From NCBI RefSeq assembly GCF_030144855.1, contig NC_082739.1, positions 17,360,001 to 17,424,000 on the forward strand: DNA of 64,000 bases, written 5' to 3'. A program made the translations under genes and the position numbers. Of this stretch, positions 62,201 to 64,000 are shown piece after piece; positions within the stretch are counted from its first letter, which is position 1; every line of letters starts with the position of its first letter. This DNA comes from Hypanus sabinus. Taxonomy: Eukaryota. The notes beneath the pieces are model-generated. The model ran no database searches, was not told the DNA's origin, and saw nothing but the letters and a program-made list of their open reading frames with translations.

Positions 62201-62544
62201 CAGCCCTTTTCATTCAGAACAATTTAGCTAAGCCAGTAGTTTTCAACATTTGTTACATATTCAGGTTGTTAATCTAAAGTTGTCACAATAAAAAATATAG
62301 CAGTTGTGGCCACAAAGAACATTAATACTTAGCTCTAGGTATTCTAGGTAAAGCACTAATAGACAGATAAAAAGTCCAAAATGTACCTACCTGGAGGGCA
62401 GGGTCCTCCAGTGCCATCTGCGACTGGATTCTTTGGCAGTTTTGCTCCTCGTAAGCAATAGAAACCTTCCCAGCATTCACCTGATGGTGTCACGAGACCT
62501 TCTGAGCCACAGTAATGACCGTAGATACAAGGAGTACAGTCACT
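2109..62544 (-). CDS. Giant multi-exon cysteine-rich repeat protein (CPxGxYC; Ephrin_rec_like/GCC2_GCC3-like), internal portion: 31 exons, 1665 codons in window
   Basis: 31 exons with AG acceptors and GT donors (one GC) join with matching phase into one stop-free frame of CPxGxYC/CxAGYYC repeats. No start or stop codon is in the window. The family label comes from motif recognition, not a database search. Confidence 0.93.
2563..2721 (-). mobile_element. tRNA-derived SINE
   Basis: Minus strand has an A-box-like TGGTGCAGTGG and a B-box-like AGTTCGAACCC, a body shared with 34870-35004, and an adjacent A/T-rich tail. Confidence 0.75.
3567..3702 (-). CDS. Exon w30 (136 nt, 1->2)
   Basis: aattcag|GT GAC ... 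AAC AG|gtaaga; [45 protein letters not shown]. Confidence 0.91.
4325..4432 (-). CDS. Exon w29 (108 nt, 1->1)
   Basis: tctgaag|GT TTC ... ACA G|gtacca; [36 protein letters not shown]. Confidence 0.88.
4649..4816 (-). CDS. Exon w28 (168 nt, 1->1)
   Basis: actttag|GA TTT ... TCA G|gtttgt; [23 protein letters not shown]...CALCPSG. Confidence 0.91.
5984..6087 (-). CDS. Exon w27 (104 nt, 2->1)
   Basis: tttacag|C GAG ... GCA G|gtaatg; [35 protein letters not shown]. Confidence 0.9.
6164..6242. mobile_element. hAT-type MITE (79 bp)
   Basis: Termini CAGGGTTTCCCAA / TTGAGAACCCCTG; 8-bp target duplication ctctaaat/ctttaaat. Confidence 0.8.
7291..7453 (-). CDS. Exon w26 (163 nt, 1->2)
   Basis: ttctcag|GA AAC ... 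TTC AG|gtattt; [14 protein letters not shown]...CPKGTFS. Confidence 0.92.
7523..8511. mobile_element. Tigger/pogo-type non-autonomous element interrupted by a Rex1-like LINE
   Basis: TIR-like ends CAGGTGAATACCCCTTATCC / GAATAAGGAGTACTCAACCT, with TA on both flanks. Confidence 0.7.
7727..8437 (+). mobile_element. Rex1/Babar-type LINE 3' fragment
   Basis: [18 protein letters not shown]...KARQRLY and [18 protein letters not shown]; 3' tail ataaacctgattctgat; closely similar to 55140-55866. Confidence 0.85.
8715..8879 (-). CDS. Exon w25 (165 nt, 1->1)
   Basis: cttcaag|GA GTT ... TCA G|gtatcc; [28 protein letters not shown]...[11 protein letters not shown]. Confidence 0.91.
9066..9168 (-). CDS. 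Exon w24 (103 nt, 0->1)
   Basis: ttcctag|GGA ... CAA G|gtaaca; [35 protein letters not shown]. Confidence 0.9.
10241..10419 (-). CDS. Exon w23 (179 nt, 1->0)
   Basis: cacaaag|CT GTT ... GAG|gtcagc; [20 protein letters not shown]...CSPGHFCPE; a second in-frame acceptor would start the exon at 10410. Confidence 0.87.
11523..11738 (-). CDS. Exon w22 (216 nt, 1->1)
   Basis: cccttag|GA TTC ... TTG G|gtaaga; [37 protein letters not shown]...CPPGTLL. Confidence 0.92.
12050..12740 (+). mobile_element. Highly decayed Penelope-like RT fragment
   Basis: Remnants of the GVAMGT..GPSY motif and [11 protein letters not shown] (decayed RYIDD). Confidence 0.6.
13154..14203. mobile_element. Tigger/pogo-type non-autonomous DNA transposon
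   Basis: Inverted ends AGTGGACTCCATTTAACTGGG / CCCAATTAACCGGAATCCACTG; hosts the 13397-13625 insertion. Confidence 0.7.
13397..13625. mobile_element. Palindromic Penelope-derived short element with hammerhead cores and 11-bp TSD
   Basis: ~90-bp inverted arms (13397-13486 / 13489-13578); AATTCATCCAG at 13386-13396 and 13626-13636. Confidence 0.8.
14238..14423 (-). CDS. Exon w21 (186 nt, 1->1)
   Basis: tctgtag|CC GGT ... CCA G|gtatcc; [26 protein letters not shown]...EFVCPPG. Confidence 0.9.
14897..15007 (-). CDS. Exon w20 (111 nt, 1->1)
   Basis: aaattag|GT TAT ... CCA G|gttagt; [36 protein letters not shown]. Confidence 0.89.
15238..15405 (-). CDS. Exon w19 (168 nt, 1->1)
   Basis: attttag|GA CCA ... 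CCA G|gtaatt; [21 protein letters not shown]...TPCWPG. Confidence 0.92.
15712..15888 (-). CDS. Exon w18 (177 nt, 1->1)
   Basis: ttcatag|GT ACA ... GGA G|gtgagc; [23 protein letters not shown]...NNTGIGG. Confidence 0.92.
16155..16340 (-). mobile_element. Rex1-like RT fragment
   Basis: [17 protein letters not shown] motif. Confidence 0.65.
16645..16791 (-). CDS. Exon w17 (147 nt, 1->1)
   Basis: tctgtag|GA ACA ... AAA G|gtaaca; [49 protein letters not shown]. Confidence 0.91.
16900..19388 (-). mobile_element. CR1 LINE, 5'-truncated and frameshifted (endonuclease C-terminus, RT, 3' end)
   Basis: [11 protein letters not shown]; YRPVSLTS...DFQKAFDK; VPQGSVLG; RPHLEYC. Confidence 0.92.
19835..22220 (-). 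mobile_element. Decayed Rex1-like LINE split by a younger CR1
   Basis: RT-like segment 21257-22220 (LQFTYC, APARQSPF) and 3' part 19835-20126 read as contiguous across the CR1. Confidence 0.65.
20127..21256 (-). mobile_element. CR1 LINE 3' fragment, relatively intact
   Basis: 274-aa ORF with GVPQG, FADDTK and [11 protein letters not shown]; short tandem 3' tail (atagaacatagaa). Confidence 0.93.
22513..22640 (-). repeat. Penelope-terminus-derived short repeat (decayed)
   Basis: aagattctgcagttgctggaaatccagagcaacacacacaaaatgctggaggaactca, shared with other copies in the window. Confidence 0.7.
22696..22830 (-). CDS. Exon w16 (135 nt, 1->1; GC donor)
   Basis: cttccag|GA GAC ... AAT G|gcaagt; [45 protein letters not shown]. 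Confidence 0.87.
23690..24032 (+). mobile_element. Rex1-like 3' fragment
   Basis: atcaaagatcctgccatccagg (IKDPxHP-like); tail acaataaacttgactttga. Confidence 0.55.
24223..24474 (-). CDS. Exon w15 (252 nt, 1->1)
   Basis: ttccccag|GG CTT ... TCT G|gtaagg; [14 protein letters not shown]...[13 protein letters not shown]. Confidence 0.93.
25556..25812 (+). mobile_element. CR1 3' end fragment
   Basis: gaggaatttcttcagccaaagg...gaatggcagaacagacttaatgggccaatggcctaattctgctcct. Confidence 0.7.
26930..27163 (-). CDS. Exon w14 (234 nt, 1->1)
   Basis: ttttcag|GT CTG ... GAA G|gtatag; [25 protein letters not shown]...[11 protein letters not shown]. Confidence 0.92.
27205..27368 (+). mobile_element. CR1 3' end fragment
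   Basis: ttgataggtacatggatag...aaaggaccagtttccatgctgtattattctat. Confidence 0.7.
27521..27723 (-). CDS. Exon w13 (203 nt, 2->1)
   Basis: gctctag|G TAT ... GAA G|gtaaga; [30 protein letters not shown]...[11 protein letters not shown]. Confidence 0.91.
28030..28360. repeat. Penelope-terminus-derived inverted composite
   Basis: aaacaagagaaaatctgcagatgctgg arm, inverted partial arms and a decayed aaggg...gcctgaaac motif. Confidence 0.7.
28383..28560 (-). mobile_element. CR1 3' end fragment
   Basis: Similar to 16900-17070. Confidence 0.7.
28996..29116 (-). CDS. Exon w12 (121 nt, 1->2)
   Basis: ttcacag|GG TTC ... GGA AA|gtaagt; [40 protein letters not shown]. Confidence 0.91.
29554..30065 (-). 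mobile_element. Penelope-like (Neptune-type) 3' fragment: endonuclease C-terminus and terminal repeat with hammerhead-like core
   Basis: [33 protein letters not shown]; then CAGTC-CTGATGA...GAAAC at 29614-29652. Confidence 0.75.
31103..31237 (-). CDS. Exon w11 (135 nt, 1->1)
   Basis: ggattcag|GT AAG ... GTA G|gtaaga; [45 protein letters not shown]. Confidence 0.9.
   Translation of the reverse strand, partial: VRQMSLTVICVLLDFTVLDLQILMLPKSVKQGTTVLVVNQSQLQ
31568..33332 (-). mobile_element. CR1 LINE fragment (RT and 3' end)
   Basis: [44 protein letters not shown]. Confidence 0.93.
34022..34197 (+). mobile_element. Truncated copy of the Tc1-TIR/LINE-tail composite
   Basis: Collinear with 44860-45040. 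Confidence 0.65.
34445..34575 (+). repeat. Decayed Penelope terminal repeat
   Basis: tgatgaagggtctttggccagaaatgtt...ccagcattttctg...tttccagcacctgca. Confidence 0.6.
34870..35004 (-). mobile_element. tRNA-derived SINE (same family as 2563-2721)
   Basis: acgaggcttagttgctaccttgacgctcaacctagcacggatggaaagc...cactacaccaccggctgg. Confidence 0.72.
35172..35420 (-). CDS. Exon w10 (249 nt, 1->1)
   Basis: attcag|GT GGT ... GCT G|gtaaga; [12 protein letters not shown]...[11 protein letters not shown]. Confidence 0.93.
35955..36730 (+). mobile_element. Penelope-like element 3' fragment with GIY-YIG endonuclease
   Basis: [19 protein letters not shown]...HIKEH (decayed GVY..YIG); hammerhead core downstream at 36605-36639. 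Confidence 0.88.
36598..36645 (+). ncRNA. Minimal type I hammerhead-ribozyme-like motif in the Penelope terminal repeat
   Basis: CTGATGA 36605-36611; 7-bp stem II gatggca/tgtcatt; GAAAC 36632-36636; GTT triplet; stem I imperfect. Confidence 0.6.
36992..37138 (-). CDS. Exon w9 (147 nt, 1->1)
   Basis: tttttag|GT AGT ... ACA G|gtaaat; [34 protein letters not shown]...; preceded by an 89-nt intron. Confidence 0.91.
37228..37367 (-). CDS. Exon w8 (140 nt, 2->1)
   Basis: ttccag|G TAT ... CAA G|gtaact; [30 protein letters not shown]...HFGPMQG. Confidence 0.91.
37739..39925 (-). mobile_element. Rex1/Babar-type LINE fragment (~2.2 kb, decayed)
   Basis: [16 protein letters not shown]...[12 protein letters not shown]; FADD; 3' tail. 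Confidence 0.88.
40336..40486 (-). CDS. Exon w7 (151 nt, 1->2)
   Basis: ttccag|GT TCA ... GAA GG|gtgtga (donor chosen by the phase of the next exon); [19 protein letters not shown]...GDCWEG. Confidence 0.88.
41466..41586 (-). CDS. Exon w6 (121 nt, 0->1)
   Basis: ccattaag|GCC ... GAA G|gtaatg; [41 protein letters not shown]. Confidence 0.9.
41733..42570 (-). mobile_element. Old decayed CR1 3' fragment
   Basis: Patchy similarity to the CR1 3' region (cccattccaggtatcagt...aaccttctctgaa). Confidence 0.55.
42710..43818 (-). mobile_element. CR1 LINE 3' fragment
   Basis: [32 protein letters not shown]. Confidence 0.9.
44860..45348 (+). mobile_element. Non-autonomous Tc1-TIR element containing a LINE 3' tail
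   Basis: CAGTACTGTGCAAA at the left end; inverted copies at 44906-44931 and 45323-45348; internal gatgataaacctgattctg. Confidence 0.7.
45398..45632 (+). mobile_element. V-SINE-like element
   Basis: B-box-like GGTTCAATTCC followed by V-domain-like gtttgtgcgttctccccgtgactgtgtgggtttcctcc. Confidence 0.65.
45705..46927 (+). mobile_element. Rex1/Babar-type LINE 3' fragment, well preserved
   Basis: [41 protein letters not shown]; gactcgacttgacttga tail. Confidence 0.93.
47038..47225 (-). CDS. Exon w5 (188 nt, 1->0)
   Basis: ttgctag|GA TTT ... CAG|gtacaa; [21 protein letters not shown]...YQDQAGQ. Confidence 0.92.
47452..48586 (+). mobile_element. CR1 LINE 3' fragment
   Basis: [18 protein letters not shown]; 3' tail cttatggtcatatggt. 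Confidence 0.9.
49846..50079 (-). CDS. Exon w4 (234 nt, 1->1; one complete 78-aa unit)
   Basis: cccttag|GA CGT ... CCA G|gtaatc; [21 protein letters not shown]...CLSCPPG. Confidence 0.93.
51395..51876 (+). mobile_element. CR1 3' end fragment
   Basis: gagaatgaggggagatttgatagaagtat...gggcctgtttctgcgctgtagtgattctatgact. Confidence 0.8.
53795..54172 (+). mobile_element. Tc1-like transposon 5' fragment (TIR and decayed HTH coding region)
   Basis: TA-CACTCAGTGG start; [12 protein letters not shown]...[21 protein letters not shown]. Confidence 0.78.
54452..55866 (+). mobile_element. Rex1/Babar-type LINE fragment
   Basis: [37 protein letters not shown]; tail ataaacctgattctga. Confidence 0.92.
56900..57228 (+). 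mobile_element. CR1 3' end fragment
   Basis: Similar to 48230-48580. Confidence 0.75.
57439..57605 (-). CDS. Exon w3 (167 nt, 2->1)
   Basis: ccccacag|T TAC ... GCA G|gtagaa; [24 protein letters not shown]...CEPCDAG. Confidence 0.92.
59121..59220 (-). CDS. Exon w2 (100 nt, 1->2)
   Basis: ttgcag|GG CAC ... GAA GG|gtaatt; [33 protein letters not shown]; absent from ORF track. Confidence 0.9.
60244..60445. repeat. Palindromic Penelope-terminus-derived element
   Basis: Arm gcaacgcacacaaaatgttggaggaactcagcaggccaggcagcatctatggaaa and its inverted copy at 60354-60410. Confidence 0.75.
62391..62544 (-). CDS. Exon w1 (154 nt, phase 0->1)
   Basis: ttttcag|AGT ... CCA G|gtaggt; [30 protein letters not shown]...GPCPPG. 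Confidence 0.92.
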
Positions 62545-62577
62545 CTGAAAAAGACAATTGATAATAAGCTGTGACAA

Positions 62578-62715
62578 TAGAGATTCTGCAGATGCTGGAA
62601 ATCTGGAGCATTTGGAGCTCCATCCTATTGAAGGGTCTCAGTCTGAAACACTGACTGCTCATTTCCCTCCACAGATGCTGCCTGACTTGCTGAGTTCCTC
62701 TTGCATATTGTGTGA
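62578..62715. repeat. Penelope-terminus-derived inverted composite (decayed)
   Basis: agattctgcagatgctggaaatctggagc followed by gaagggtctcagtctgaaac...agatgctgcctgacttgctgagttcctc. Confidence 0.65.
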
Positions 62716-63437
62716 GATAATAAACAGTAATGTACTGCCTTGGATTCCATATTTAGGATCTTAAAATCTGTGATAAATGAAACAATATTACCACAGTATC
62801 TTCAATACAGAATATTTTTGTGAGGGAATAAATTATTTTTCCTTACTTTGAAAAATTCTGAGAATTCTGGAAATGCTGGCTGAATTCAGGTTACATAAAA
62901 GATATTTTTTTTTAAAAAAAAGTCTTGTGAAACCACAAGAGTCACATCAACAAGCTACCAACCATTTCCACTGATGACTCTTCAAATAACACTTCAGGCT
63001 ATTGAAGGACCAATATGCCAGGCATTGCACATATTTGGAATCCATTCCCGAGACTGGGCTTGAGATGCCAGCTGTCACGAAGTCTGTGCTATGCCTTGAC
63101 AAGGTATATTTTGTATTTAAGCCAAATTCAGCAGGCTTAATCAACATTGTGTATCTAAACTATGGGACAACAGAGGCTGCATATCTACTGTAGCTAATTC
63201 ACGCAAGTGCTTCAAGCTATGTGATGAAATTCTTTTCATTTATTTTCCATAACAAGATGTGGAAATCCTATTAACTGCTACATCCAATTTGTGCAGTAGC
63301 ACAAGATAACCTAGAAATAATCTTTAATATCTGATGTTATTGAATTTATGGGGTAATTTCTTTCAAGCAGAAAAAATAGAGGAAGAATTATATTGCTTAA
63401 AGTACATATATGAATTACAATTGGTACATGGTTGTAA

Positions 63438-63610
63438 AACATAGAACAGTACAGCACAGGAACAGGTCCTTCAGCCCACCATACCTGTGCTGACCACGAT
63501 GTAGATCTAAACTAATCCCATCGACATGCATATGGTTCATCTCCTTCCACTCCCTGCCTGTCTGTGTGTCTAAATTGTTTTTGCACCTGCGTCTATCAGT
63601 TCTGACAAGT
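63438..63610 (-). mobile_element. CR1 3' end fragment
   Basis: aaacatagaacagtacagcacaggaacaggtccttcagccc, similar to 20127-20190. Confidence 0.7.
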
Positions 63611-64000
63611 AAAAAAAAAAATTCTATCATTTATTTAATGTTTTCAGATCCAATGCATATCAGAAATTAAAAAGAATACATCTAACAGATGTGTCTATGT
63701 GTAAGCTTATGTCTTACAAAGTTGTTTTGCAAAGAATGGGCACTGGCTAGTTCAGAGGTCAATTTTTAAGGGAATTCCCAGGATGGATGCAGAGATGTTT
63801 CCACTTTTGGGAACTTCAGTATTGTGGGCCCTAAAAAAAGGTCACCATGAAATTCTACCAGAAACAAAGACAGAATGTCTTTATTCAGTGTAGTTGGAAT
63901 TTGAAAGCTGAAAACCAAAAAGAACAGTTGAAGTAAATAGTTTGGATTGCTTAATGGCATTATGGAGAAAGGAAAGAGTGAATTCAATTGACTTTATTAC

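Noticed and set aside
2109-62544. Naming the gene SCUBE, SVEP1, MEGF, zonadhesin or a laminin
   Set aside because: No EGF, CUB, sushi, VWD or laminin-EGF Cys spacing is seen in 1665 residues, so no gene symbol is assigned.
13397-62715. Recurring short repeats as a CRISPR-like array
   Set aside because: They are dispersed, degenerate and in both orientations, with no repeat-spacer periodicity; Penelope termini explain them.

Overview
This is eukaryotic, AT-rich vertebrate DNA. The repeat content (CR1 and Rex1/Babar-type LINEs, Penelope-like elements, a V-SINE, Tc1/Tigger/hAT relics) suggests a cartilaginous fish, probably a ray; that assignment is inference. The window lies inside one large minus-strand gene that the ORF track shows only in fragments. 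I traced 31 consecutive exons (62544 to 2109) by splice signals and phase. They join into one stop-free frame of 4996 nt (1665 codons), with neither start nor stop in the window. The product is built almost entirely of Cys/Gly/Pro-rich 'CPxGxYC' repeats, resembling the Ephrin_rec_like / GCC2_GCC3 class, with a core unit of about 78 aa and 8 Cys and many N-glycosylation sequons. It also shows a ~690-700 aa higher-order duplication, a frame-required GC-AG intron and a recursive-splice-like acceptor. The introns hold nested transposon fragments, including Penelope-derived palindromes with minimal hammerhead-ribozyme cores. There is a 558-nt assembly gap at 1413-1970. Exon coordinates were counted by hand; transposon boundaries are approximate.
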